From: Octopus sinensis
Lineage: Eukaryota
Direction of reading: 5' to 3'
Assembly: GCF_006345805.1 (NCBI RefSeq)
Contig: NC_043013.1
Location: 28,768,001 to 28,832,000, forward strand
Length of the DNA: 64,000 nt
Shown piece after piece: positions 1-12,986 of the stretch. Below the pieces are notes generated by a model, which was given only the letters and a program-made list of their open reading frames with translations, did not search any database and was not told the DNA's origin. A program made the position numbers and the translations under genes. Within the stretch, counting starts at the first letter, position 1; each line of letters begins with the position of its first letter.

Positions 1-55
1 ATATACATATATATATATATATATAAATGTATATATATATATATATATGTATGTT

Positions 56-87
<32 letters not shown>

Positions 88-998
88 ATTTAATATAGTG
101 TATTTTTAAAAGAACTGTTCATCATTTGAACAACATTGTTTCATTGTGTAGCATAATTAAATTTGTAATTATTTCTAGATTTCATTAAGTTTGGTTTTTT
201 TTTTTTTAATCTCTCTTATATCTCCCTCTTTATGAACATAAATCAATTTATATATTTATCCCGGATTGTTGAGTGAACTTCTGCTGATAGTCCCGTTGGC
301 TTGTTAACTCCCAGTTCTTTAAAGTTCTAACTTGTCTATTTTAGCTCATTACATATTTTGTTATTGGCGGTGGTGGTGGTGGTGGTTGTGGTGAGATACG
401 TAATAGTCTTAGTTGTGGTGATAGTGGTGGTGGTGGTGACGATGTATATAGTTGTAGTAGTAGCAGTAGTGGTGAGGTTATGATGACATGTAATTGTAGT
501 AGTGATGGTAATGGTAGCATTAGTAGTGGCAGTAAGAGTAGCAGATGTATGGAAAATAACGAGGGATCATATGCTTGTGTATAATTTAACCTTTTTTTTT
601 TTGTCCCCATATTTCTGTTGAAATACACTGTTTGTTTCAATTAATTTTGGAAATAACGAAGAACTTTTAAAATAACTTTGCCATTATTAAGCTGGTGTTT
701 AGAACATAAATTAAGATGAAAGCTTGATGGAAGGTTTTAATTTAAATCACTTTGAATGAGAAAGTTTATGTCATAGAATCAGTAGTGGTGGTGGAGTAGT
801 GGTATTATCAGAAGTGTTGGTGCACGCATGGCCAAATGGTTAAGAAGTGCATTTTGAAATTGGTTTGGCAAAAGAGACAGATAGAATAAGTACTAGGCTT
901 ACAAAGAATAAGTCCTAGGGTCAATTTGCTCGACTAAAGGCGGTACTCCAGCATGGCCACAGTCAAATGACTGAAACAAATAAAAGAATAGAAAAATG

Positions 999-1043
<45 letters not shown>

Positions 1044-1159
1044 TATATTATATATATATTATATATATATATATATACATACATGCAAACATACATATAT
1101 ATGTATGTGTAAATATATATACACATATATGTACATATATATATATCATCATCATCATC

Positions 1160-3245
1160 ATCATTTAACGTCCGCTTTCCATGCTAGCATGGGTTGGACG
1201 GTTCAACTGGGGTCTGGGGAGCCCGAAGGCTGCACCAGGCCAGTCAGATCTGGCAGTGTTTCTACAGCTGGATGCCCTTCCTAACACCAACCACTCCGAG
1301 AGTGTAGTGGGTGATTTTATGTGCCACCGACACAGGTGCCAGACGAGGCTGGCGAACGGCCACGCTCGGATGGTGTTTTTATGTGCCACCGACACAGGTG
1401 CCAGACGAGGCTGACGAACGGCCACGATCGGATGGTGTTTGTTACGTGCCCACAGCACGGAGGCCAGTCGATGCGGTACTGGCTACGGCCACGTTCGGAT
1501 GGTTTTCTTGTGTGCCACCGGCACTGGTACCACAAAGATACAAATTCCATTGATGTTCATCTATTTTGATTTGATTTGATTTGATTTTCACTTGCCTCAC
1601 AGGTCTTCACAAGTGTCACAAGAAGAAGGAAGGTATGCACAGGTGAACTGACAACGTCCCAGGTAGGGGCCACGGGTTATGGCCTGACTAGTCTTGCCGG
1701 GTCTTCGGATGATGTTTTTATGTGTCTCCGACACAGGTGCCAGATGGATGGTGTTTGTTACGTGCCCACAGCACGGAGGCCAGTCGATGCGGTACTGGCT
1801 ACGGCCACGTTCGGATGGTTTTCTTGTGTGCCACCGGCACTGGTACCATAAAGATACAAATTCCATTGATGTTCATCTATTTTATTTTGATTTTCACTTT
1901 CACTTGCCTCAAAAGTTCTTCACAAGTGTCACAAGAAGGAAGGTATGCACAGGTGGACTGACTACGTCCCAGGTTGGGGCCACGGATTATGGCCTGACTA
2001 GTCTTGCCGGGTCTTCGGATGGTGTTTTTATGTGCCACCGACACAGGTGCCAGATGAGGCTGGCGAACGGCCACGATCGGATGGTGTTTGTTATGAGCCC
2101 ACAGCACAGAGGCCAGTCGACGCGGTACTGGCTACGGCCATGTTCGGATGGTTATCTTGTGTGCCACCGGCCCTGGTACCACAAAGATACAAATTCCATT
2201 GATGTTCATCTATTTTGATTTGTTTTGATTTGATCACTTGCCTCAACAGGTCTTCACAAGTGTCACAAGAAGGAAGGTATGCACAGGCGGACTGACTACG
2301 TCCCAGGTAGGGGCCACGGGTTATGGCCTGACTAGTCTTGCCGGGTCTTCAGATGGTGTTTTTATGTGCCACCTACACAGGTGCCTGATGAGGCTGGCGA
2401 ACGGACATGATCGGATGGTGTTTGTTACGTGCCCACAGCACGGAGGCCAGTCGACGCGGTACTGGCTACGGCCACGTTCGGATGGTTTTCTTGTGTGCCA
2501 CCGGCACTGGTACCATAAAGATACAAATTCCATTGATGTTCATCTATTTTATTTTGATTTTCACTTTCACTTGCCTCAAAAGGTCTTCACAAGTGTCACA
2601 AGAAGGAAGGTATGCACAGGCGGACTGACTACGTCCCAGTTGGGCCACGGATTATGGCCTGACTAGTCTTGCCGGGTCTTCGGATGGTGTTTTTATGTGC
2701 CACCGACACAGGTGCCAGATGAGGCTGGCGAACGGCCACGATCGGATGGTGTTTGTTACGTGCCCACAGCACGGAGGCCAGTCGATGCAGTACTGGCTAC
2801 GGCCACGTTCGGATGGTTTTCTTGTGTGCCACCGGCACTGGTACCACAAAGATACAAATTCCATTGATATTCATCTATTTCGATTTGTTTTGATTTTTTT
2901 GATTTTCACTTGCCTCAACAGGTCTTCACAAGTGTCACAAGAAGGGAGGTATGCACAGGTGAACTGACTACGTCCCAAGTAGGGGCCACGGGTTATGGCC
3001 TGACTAGTCTTGCCGGGTCTTCGGATGGTGTCTTTATGTGCCACCGACACAGGTGCCAGATGAGGCTGGCGAACGGCCACGTTCGGATGGTTTTCTTGTG
3101 TGCCACCGGCACTGGTAACAAAGATACAAATTCCATTGATGATCATCTATTTTATTTTGATTTTCACTTTCACTTGCCTCAACAGGTCTTCACAAGTGTC
3201 ACAAGAAGGAAGGTATGCACAGGTGGACTGACTACGTCCCAGGTA
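1160..3245 (-). repeat. Composite SINE-like element (family C) with higher-order tandem array: about 62-65 bp monomers inside about 330 bp units (about 5.4 units)
   Basis: Marker gatacaaattcc at 1537, 1853, 2186, 2520, 2851, 3123 (periods 316, 333, 334, 331, 272). The left end is the family 3' tail (CAT)n-ttaacgtccgctttccatgctagcatggg. Confidence 0.9.
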
Positions 3246-3508
3246 CAAGCTTCTTTCAGTTTCCATCTACCAAATCCATTCACAAAACACTTTTTGGCCT
3301 GGGGGCTGTAATAGAAAATACTCGCCCAAGGTGCCATGTAGTGATTTAGCTAGAAATATAAATACCAGTAAATAGGCCAGGTACAAACATAGCGTTTGCT
3401 TGATCTTGGCTGCTCTGTGGCTAAACCACAACACAGATATGTTTTCTTCTTTTGTTCCTTCTAAACCTTTCATTGCTCTTCTCACCTGTTGTTGATGTTT
3501 ATTTCCAG

Positions 3509-3650
3509 ATCGATGCTGTTCCAGTCCATCGCATCACTCGTCGAGCTGCGGAAGCCGTGAATTTCGTCGAGAATGAGTTACCTGTTGGTAAAGATGTGCA
3601 CCTCGTTGTTGACTGGGAACGACGATTTGACAACATGCAACAACACTCAG
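3509..3650 (+). CDS. AARSD1: AARSD1 internal exon A (IDAVPVHRITRRAAEAVNFVENELPVGKDVHLVVDWERRFDNMQQHS-G), phase 0 to 1
   Basis: Acceptor tttccag|ATC at 3507-08 and donor CAG|gtaac at 3651. VDWERRFDNMQQHSG is the hallmark AlaX/AARSD1 segment leading into the HxxxH motif. Confidence 0.95.
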
Positions 3651-4780
3651 GTAACAAAAGTTAAAATACTTTATCTTCTACACATGCACACCTTCACCAC
3701 CAACAACAACAACTCCTCCTCCTCATCATCATCATCATTCTTCTTCTTCTTCTTCTTCTTCTTCTTCTTCTTCTTCTCTTCTTCTTCTTCTTCTTCTTCT
3801 TCTTCTTCTTCTCTTCTTCTTCTTCTTCTTCCTCTTCTTATTCAGTCTTATGCAGAGTTTCTACATTCCTGGATGCGGTAGAGGTTTACATTTGGCTCAT
3901 GTGAACCATTTTTGGCATGGTTTCTATAGTCTGATATTTTTCCTAATAACCAACCACTTTACAAAATATATTGGGTGCCTTTTATCATGGCACCAGCATT
4001 AGAGAAGTTGCTATTTCTTTAGTTTAAAATCAACATTTCTGATGCTCAGGATATTTTCATTTTTCTATTTTTTTTCCTTTTGTTAATATAGGCGCAGGAG
4101 TGGCTGTGTGGTAAGTAGCTTGCTTACCAACCACATGGTCCCGGGTTCAGTCCCACTGCATGGCAACTTGGGCAAGTGTCTTCTGCTATAGCCTCGGGCT
4201 GACCAAAGCCTTGTGAGTGTATTTGGTAAACAGAAACTGTATATATGTATATATATGTATATGTGTGTGTATATTTGTGTGTCTGGTTGTTCCCCCAGCA
4301 ACGCTTGACAACCGATGGTGGTGTGTTTACGTCCCTGTAACTTAGCTGTTCAGCAAAAGAGTCTGATAGAATAAGTACCAGGCTTACAAAGAATAAGCTC
4401 TGGGGTCGATTTGCTCGACTATAAAGGTGGTGCTCCAGCATGGCCACAGTCAAATAACTGAAACAAGTAAAAGAGAATTAATTGCTAGAACAATCCCTTA
4501 AAATGCATTTATAGTAAATTCAAAAAAAAAAAAATTAATATTGATTATATGGTGTATCTTACTTCTAGTTTCATATTTAGTAGACATGGCTGTGTGGTTA
4601 AGAAGCTTGTTTTCCAACCATATAGCCATGGGTTCAGTTCCACTGCACAACACCTTGGGCAAGGGAATTCTACTATAGCCCTGGGCTGACCAAAGTCTTG
4701 TTAGTAGATTTAGTAGATAAAATCTGTGTATGCATATGTATGTTTATATATCTATATCTATCTATCTGTCTTTCTGTTTG

Positions 4781-4823
<43 letters not shown>

Positions 4824-4846
4824 CTCTCTATCTATCTCTATCTATC

Positions 4847-4937
<91 letters not shown>

Positions 4938-6129
4938 ATTATGTGTATGTATGTGTTTGAGTGTGTCCTTGTCTAGACATCACATGATAGTTATAACTGA
5001 TGATGATCATCATATATATATGAAGTTGTTTGTTTCCAGTTTTCTGTGCAAGACATGTCTGGCCATGGGGAAGCATTAATTTCCTCAGAAACAAATGAGG
5101 GTTGGTGACAGGAAGGGCTCCAGCTGTAGTATAGAAAAAATGGACATTAAACGATGACAACGACAATGATGATGAAAATGATATTTGTCGCCTATGATTT
5201 TGTGGCATCAACTAAAAATATCATTATAATCTCTGATTAAATATATACAATTCACAGCGATAAACAGAGAACCAGAAGAGTCAGCAAATTAATTCTCTGA
5301 AATTGTGATTGCCAGAAGCTATGACAGATGTTAGAACATAGCGAGGCCACTGACCTCATCAAATATATTTCTAATCAACTCTTTATAGCTTTTACTTGTT
5401 TCAGTCATTGGACTGTGGCCATGCTGGGGCACCGTCTTTAAGGGTTTTAGTTAAACAAATCGCCCCTGGTACTTACTTTTTTCATTCTAAGTCTGGCACT
5501 TATTTTATTGGTCTCTTATGGTGAACTGCTAAGTTACTGGGATGTAAATAAACCAATACTAGTTGTCAGCTAGTGATGGTGGGGAAACAAACACATACAA
5601 AGACACACTCATACATACACACATACATACATACATACATACATACATACATACATACACACAGATACATACATACATAGATACATACATCATACATACA
5701 TACACAAACACACACATACATACGCACATACACACATACACATAGATACATACATGCATACATACATCATACATACATGCACACATACACATACATACAT
5801 ACAACATATACATACATACACACACATACATACATACATACAACATACATACATACATACATAGATAAATACATACAGATAGATAAACCTACAAAGTTTC
5901 TTGTTTACCAAATTCGTGTCTGGAGTTATAATAGAAAACACTTGCCCAAGGGTGCTGCACATTAAAGATTGAACCTGAAACCACATAGCTGCAAAGTGGG
6001 CTTCTTAACTGCACAGTCATGTTTACATCTTCTTATTGAGAACATTTAAGAATCCAGATCCGCTGTTCTGAGAAAAATACCTTACAAAATGTACTCTTCT
6101 GTATTAAACATATGGATTATGGTGCTGCT

Positions 6130-6415
6130 GTTGTCTTCTTCTTCTTCTTCTTCTTTTCTTTTTTCTTATTGTCTTTCTTCTTCTTCTTCTTCTTCTTCTT
6201 CTTCTTTCTTCTTCTTCTCTCTTCTTCTTCTCTCTTCTTCTTCTTCTTCTTCTTTCTTCTTCTTCTTATTCTTCTTCTTTTCTTCTTCTCTTCTTCTTCT
6301 TCTTCTTCTTTTCTTTCTTCTTCTTTTCTTCTTCTTCTTCTTATCTTCTTCTTCTTCTTCGTCTTTTCTTCGTCTTTCTTCTTCTTCTTCTTCTTCTTCT
6401 TCTTCTTCTTCCAAT
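6130..6415. repeat. (TTC)n microsatellite; also 3737-3830 and 10320-10385
   Basis: Direct inspection. Confidence 0.95.
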
Positions 6416-7364
6416 CAGGACTCACGCATTAGCCACAAAGAATAATCTCTCATTCAAGCCTATTCTAAGCTACTAAGAATGCGTGTGGCAACTTGAAGAT
6501 CCACCCACCACACGTGATAGACTGGTGGTTGCATGGGTGCGAAAGCTACGTTGTCATCCTCATTCTGTAAACGGTGGCTTTTAATGGGTGGAGAGCTGAA
6601 CCATCCTGGAGTACAGAGGATTCGCAATCTAGACTAGGGTCTGAAAGTTTTACCATACCATAGTGGGTTACACCATGGTTCCTCTGCTTTATGGCAGAAG
6701 TAGGAAGAAAGAGCGAGAGAAAATTGTGGTAAAAGAGTACAATAGGGCCCCTCTGGAGCCTCGTGGAGCTTAAGTGTTTTTGCTCATAAACACTCACCAT
6801 TGCCTCATACATTTCTATCCCAATATTTCTTCTTATTAAGGCGGCAAGCTGGCAGAAACATTAGCAGACCGGCTGAAATGCTTAGTGGTATTTTGTCTGT
6901 CTTTATGCTCTGAGTTCAAATTCCGTCAAGGTCGGCTTCACCTACCATCCTTTCAGGGTCGATAAATTAAGTACCTGTTGTGTACTGGTGTCATTCTAAT
7001 TGACTGGCCCTCTCCTCCAAAATTTTGGGCCTTGTGCCTAGAGTAGAAAAGAATATTTCTTCTTATTAAGGCAGAAACACTAGCACACTGGGAATCGAAA
7101 CCGCGTTCTTATGACTGTGAGTCCGCTGTCCTAACTACTGGGCCATTGTGCCTCCATTGCTGTTGTTACTGTTGTTGTTGTTGATGCTGTTTACCTTCTA
7201 GTCAGCCCTGATTAAATAATGACATGACGCAGCACATTTCAGTTATGACTATCATATATATACAGGGGTTGGACAAAATAATGGAAACGCCTTAAAATTT
7301 CAAACAAATTTATTTTACATTATTTACATTCGATGGATATTTGTCCTCATCTTGTTTCGTTGTT

Positions 7365-7410
7365 AACACAACGTTTCAGCTGATATACCCTCCAGCCTTC
7401 ATCAGGTGTC
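7365..7410 (-). ncRNA. Minimal hammerhead ribozyme, antisense copy in inverted arm
   Basis: Reverse complement reads gacacCTGATGAaggctggagggtatatcagctGAAACGTTgtgtt; G-U at the base of stem II. Confidence 0.75.
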
Positions 7411-7536
7411 TTGGGGAAATTTTGAACCTGGGTTCTCATTCCTAAGGTATTTTTTTATGCTGTTGTTGTTGTTATTATTATTATCATTATCATTATTATT
7501 ATTAGGAATGAGAACCCAGATTCGAAATTTCCCCAA

Positions 7537-7582
7537 GACACCTGATGAAGGCTGGAGGGTATATCAGCCGAAACGTTGTGTT
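7537..7582 (+). ncRNA. Minimal type I hammerhead ribozyme (Penelope-type), intact core
   Basis: Stem I GACAC/GTGTT, core CTGATGA (7542-48), stem II GGCTG/CAGCC, GAAA (7570-73), palindromic ACGT in place of helix III. Predicted cleavage after GUU at 7577. Confidence 0.8.
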
Positions 7583-9294
7583 AACAACAAACAAGATGAG
7601 GACAAATATCTGTCAGCTGTAAATAATGTAAATAATGTAAATAAGTACATAATTCCTCATCTCTTTAATATAGAACTGAAATTTATTTTAATATGGAGTA
7701 GGACCGCCTTTAGCAATACAGTTTGGCAATATAAGGAAACAGTTGCATAATCAAATACCTGCACACCTAGAGAACTACGTAGCATGGAAACAATTGTAGG
7801 GATTAAAAAATAAATGTCCAACCGTACCCCTTCTTGTTGACTCCAAATTTTTCAATTATGTATGTATGTGTGTGTGCGTGTGTGTGTGTGTGTGTGTGCA
7901 TGTATGTGCATGTGTCTTTAGCTTTTATCGTTAATTTCCTTCAGTCATTAGACTGCGACCATGCTGGGGCACCACCTTAAAGAAGCTTAATTGAACAAAT
8001 TGACCCCAGTACTTAGTTTTCTTTATAGGCCTGGTACTTATTTCATTGCTCTTTTGCTGAACTGCTAAGTTACAGGAACATAGACATACCAGCACTGGTT
8101 GTTAAGCAAGTGATGGCGGACAAACACAGACCCAAAGACAGATGGACACACGGACACACACACACACACACACCATATATACACAGGCTACTTTCATTTT
8201 CCATCTACCAAATCCACAAAGCTATAGTAGAAGACACTTGCCCAAAGTGCCATACAGTGGCACTGAACCCAGTACCATTTGGTTGGGAAGCAAGCTTCTT
8301 ACCACACAGCCGCGTATATTTTTTTTCACTTAACTAAATTGCTATCTATCAACTGCCTACCATTGCCTCATACATTTCTATCCCAATATTTCTTCTTATT
8401 AAGGCGGCAAGCTGGCAGAAACATTAGCAGACCGGCTGAAATGCTTAGTGGTATTTTGTCTGTCTTATGCTCTGAGTTCAAATTCCGTCAAGGTCGGCTT
8501 CACCTACCATCCTTTCAGGGTCGATAAATTAAGTACCTGTTGTGTACTGGTGTCATTCTAATTGACTGGCCCTCTCCTCCAAAATTTTGGGCCTTGTGCC
8601 TAGAGTAGAAAAGAATATTTCTTCTTATTAAGGCAGAAACACTAGCACACCGGGAGAAATGCTTAGCGGTATTTCGTCTGTCTTTACATTTTGAATTCAA
8701 ATTCTGTCGAGGTTGACTTTGCCTTTCATCCTTTCTGGGTTGATAAATTAAGTACCAGTAGCATACTGGGGTCGATCTAATCGACTGGCCCCTTCCCCAA
8801 AAATTTCGGGCCTTGTGCTTAAAGTAGGAAAGAATATTTTTTCTCATTGCTGTTATTCATCCTACAACTGTAAATATGCCTAGTGTGTGTGTGCATGTGT
8901 GAGTGAGTGAGTGTGTGTGTGTGTGTGTGTGGTGTGTGTGTGTGTGGTGTGTGTGTGTGTGGTGTGTAACTAGATAAAAAAATCTGCAAGGATAAACACA
9001 TTGGTTTGGTTATAGATTCACTGATTGGGGAGAATGGTGGTGGAGGTGAGAGAGGGGGCTTGAGGTAGAGATGCCTGGATGGCACTCACTTGAATACCCC
9101 TGTATCTTATTCATCAATGCATACATGCAAAAACTCAAACTCACAGCAAAAGAATACACACAAAAAAATAATACTTGTAAACGAACACAGAGAAACACAT
9201 ACACACACGTGCATACAGCCATGCATGGACACGTGCATTAACAGGTGTCTATGTATAAACAGTTACAATAATTTGTGCATGTGTGTGTGTGTAA

Positions 9295-9297
9295 TAG

Positions 9298-9343
<46 letters not shown>

Positions 9344-9392
9344 GTTTATTTATTTATCTATTTATCTATCCATTTATCTGTCTGTTTGTCTG

Positions 9393-9453
<61 letters not shown>

Positions 9454-9481
9454 TTATCTATCTTGTCTATCTATTTATCTA

Positions 9482-9539
<58 letters not shown>

Positions 9540-9870
9540 ATCTATCCATTTATGTGTCTATCTGTCTATCTATTGATCTATCTGTGTATCTATCTATCTG
9601 CCTGTCTGTCTGTCCGTCCATCCGTCTGTCTGTCCATCTATCTATCGATCTATCTGTCAGTGTGTTTGTGTGTCTAGGTGTTTTTGGGCTATCTATTCTA
9701 TCTATCTATCTATTCTATCTATCCATCCATTTATGTGTCTATCTGTCTATCTATTGATCTATCTGTGTATCTATCTATCTGCCTGTCTGTCTGTCCGTCC
9801 ATCCGTCTGTCTGTCCATCTATCTATCGATCTATCTGTCAGTGTGTGTGTGTGTCTATGTGTTTGTTTGG

Positions 9871-9915
<45 letters not shown>

Positions 9916-9920
9916 CCTGT
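9295..9920. repeat. (TATC/TGTC)n with an internal about 185-bp-period duplication (9541-9665 and 9725-9850)
   Basis: Identical interrupted variants are repeated. Confidence 0.9.
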
Positions 9921-11276
9921 ATGACTATATATATATATATGTCTTACATCTATCTTATTTCTCTCTGTGTATGTATCTATTTATCTATCTGTATATGTGT
10001 GTGTATGTGTACACACACGCACATATTTGTGCATATGCACACTCACATAGGCATACAAATAGATATTGGTCTCAGACTAAAAGAAATAATGGTGGAAATT
10101 GAAGTTGTTACATTATATAGAATCAGCCAGCAAGCAAGGAGCGGCTTATCTTGTCCTCTTGCACACTCATAGTAGAACCCTAACTCCCATCCACTCCTCT
10201 TTATCATTTACCCTCTGCTCCACTGGTTCCAATTACTAGTTCCATAGTTTGACCAAATAAGCTAAAAATAAACAAATAAATATGAAAAGCAGAAGAAAAA
10301 TCCCCTCTTTAACTCCCATTTCTTCTTCTTCTTCTTCTTCTCTTCTTCTTCTTCTTCTTCTTCTTCTTCTTCTTCTTCTTCTTCTTCCATTTGTGAAAAT
10401 CAATATATAACAGAAGTTTTTATTATATTTCTCACTCTATGTATATTTATATAAGGGAGGACTTTACCCATTATTGTCTTCTGTGTGTGTGTGGTGTGTG
10501 TGTGTGTGTGTGTGTACGTGTCTGTATCGGGAGACCTAATGTACACATGCTTCATCTACCTCCACAAATATGGTTTTATTGGATTTTGGATTTTCGTATT
10601 TGTGCACGTCCTTCCTTCAGAACACATACACCCTTATTACTCATGATATTCATGATTCTGATAAACACACACACACACACATACAATACATATATATTCA
10701 TACATATTTATATACTTCTATATATGTGTAAACAAACAAATATATATATATATATATACACACACATAACTACACACATATATATATATATATATATATA
10801 ATATATATATAATGTATGCTACTACCTACAACCTGCTACAAAGCCTTCACAAGAGTAAAAAGGAGAGACAGAAACAGACAGAAAAAAGGAAAATGTCCCT
10901 TGCATTTGAAAACTATGGAAATATTTTTTTATAAATTTCATTTAATTTTTCCACAATTAAATTGTTTTTCATACTTTACACTTAGTTAAAAAGTTGCAAA
11001 GACTGTAAGCGGTACTAAAATGTTCTTCATGATAAAATTATTGTAGCATATTCATTGTGTCTTGCAACCTTTTCAATAGTCTTGACTCTCAAGACTATTG
11101 AAAAGGTTGCAAGGCGCAACAAAAATTTTAGGAAAATAAAAATAAGAAATAAGTGGAAATTTTACCAGTGAGTGTGTTAAATTATAAGGCACAAAAAGAA
11201 AATGACTCTCCCCAGATACAACAGAATATTATTATTATCATCATCATCATCATCATTATTATTATTATTATTATTA

Positions 11277-11310
<34 letters not shown>

Positions 11311-11754
11311 GACATCACACAGTATACAATGTTGTGAGGTTGTTGATTGAAAATATTGTTTGTACTGTCTGTCAAGCCACAACAAGGACCTCAGACAGAC
11401 AGTACTTTACGAAATATGTGTGCAGTTCCAAGTAATGCCGACTTAAGTACCTGTTGTGTACTGGTGTCATTCTAATCGACTGGCCCTCTCCTCCAAAATT
11501 TTGGGCCCTGTGCCTAGAGTAGAAAAGAATATTTCTTCTTATTAAAGTGTTGAGCTGGCAGAAACACTAGCACACTGGGAGAAATGCTGAGCGGTATTTC
11601 GTCTGTCTTTACATTTTGAATTCAAATTCTGTCGAGGTTGACTTTGCCTTTCATCCTTTCGGGGTCGATAAATTAAGTACCAGTTGCGTACTGTGGTCAA
11701 TCTAATCGACTGGCCCCTTCCCCCAAAATATTTTCAGGCCTCTTGCCTAGATTG

Positions 11755-12430
11755 TAGGGTATTTCTAAGGTTTTCAGATGTTTTTTCAGATTGGGTGGTA
11801 TTGAACTCAATGCTCCAATGACAATAGGGATAGCCTTTATGTTTGACTCTCATAGTTGCCACATCTTAGCAATCTCAATTCTCAGGTCTCCATATTTATC
11901 AACCTTTTCTCTTTCTTTCATGATGATATGTTGATCTCCTGGCACTGCCATGTCAATTATTAAGCACTCTTGTTTGTCTCTCCTAAAGGTTACTATATCC
12001 AGCCTTCAATGCTCTGACACCTTGTCTGCATGGAAATCAAAATCCCAGAGGATTTTTGCCTTCCTTATTTTGTACATTACCTTTTCCGGTGTATGTTGGT
12101 ACCAAGCACCTGTAACCTCATATCCATACTTATGGCATAGTAGCCAGTGGAGGTTTTGGGCTACCTTGTTGTGTCTACGCTTGTATTCTTTCTGCGCAAG
12201 ACTTTCACAAGCACTAGCAATGTGAGTCACACTTTCAACCTTCTTCCCACACATTCTGCAGAGGTCCGATGCACTTGTGTTATATATATTATTTTTCACT
12301 GAGTTGGTATTCAATGCCTGGTCCTGGGCAGCGATGATTAGGTTTTCAGTATTCTTTTTTAGGTCACCCTTGTTGAGCCAGCTTCATGATGCTTCCTAGT
12401 CTTTTAATTTGTTGGTTTCATGATGGAACT
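11755..12430 (-). mobile_element. Decayed R4/Dong-clade non-LTR retrotransposon 3' fragment (CCHC knuckle plus restriction-like endonuclease)
   Basis: WLNKGDL..ENLIIAAQDQALNTN, CRMCGKKVESVTHIASACESLAQKEYKRRHNKVAQNLHWLLC and KILWDF motifs. Confidence 0.85.
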
Positions 12431-12489
12431 GACCATGTAATTCCATACAGAGCAGGGTTTACTATTATCATTATTTTAACTATTATTAT

Positions 12490-12927
12490 TAAGGTGGTAA
12501 GCTGGCAGAATTGTTAGCACATGGGACGAAATGCATACCAGTATTTCGTCCTTCTTTATGTTCTGAGCTCAAATTCTGATGAGGTTGATTCTGCCTGTCA
12601 TCCCTTTTGCAGTTGATAAAGTAAGTACCACTTGAGCATTGGGATTGATGTCATTGACTTACCCGCTCCCCACAAATTTCAGGCCTTGTGCCTATATTAG
12701 AAAGGATTATTATTATTATTATTGTTAGTACACTGGGCAAAATGCTTAGCGGTATTTCATTTGTCTTTATGTTTTTAGTTCAGATTCCTTTGAGATTGAC
12801 TTTGCCTTTCATCCTTTTGAGGTCGATAATTAAGTACCAGTCATGCACTGGGGTTGATGTGATTGACTTACCTCCTCCCACAAATTTTCTGGTCTTGTGC
12901 TTATAGCAGAAAGGATTATTATTATTA

Positions 12928-12986
<59 letters not shown>

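Larger units (their letters stand above)
7318..7678 (+). mobile_element. Hammerhead-bearing SINE-like element, 5'-truncated, with inverted 3' arm (locus 1)
   Basis: About 7318-7445 is the reverse complement of about 7503-7630, separated by (TTA)n. 12-bp TSD aaatttatttta at 7306-7317 and 7679-7690. Confidence 0.85.
7263..7760 (+). mobile_element. Tc1-like element end interrupted by the locus-1 hammerhead SINE
   Basis: TA-CAGGGGTTGGACAAAATAATGGAAAC terminus; the sequence resumes after the TSD at 7690. Confidence 0.5.

Noticed and set aside
2385-2405. CTGATGA...GAA hammerhead in the composite array
   Set aside because: Stem II cannot form (2-nt loop), and other copies read CAGAYGA.
1694-2967. 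Cys/His-rich ORFs (MCHRHRCQ...) as zinc-finger proteins
   Set aside because: They are translations of the tandem repeat, open in several frames on both strands, with no splice or homology support.
1300-3245. CRISPR-like repeat-spacer array
   Set aside because: The inter-repeat segments are themselves repeated, there are no cas genes, and the context is a eukaryotic intron.
1-3508. Upstream AARSD1 exon or an 18-nt PDDRGT microexon
   Set aside because: No LFPEGGGQ- or PDDRG-like coding sequence with splice sites was seen.
6089-6445. Poly-Ser/Phe/Lys/Glu ORFs and similar IYIY/YLSI/CVCV ORFs throughout
   Set aside because: Microsatellite translations.
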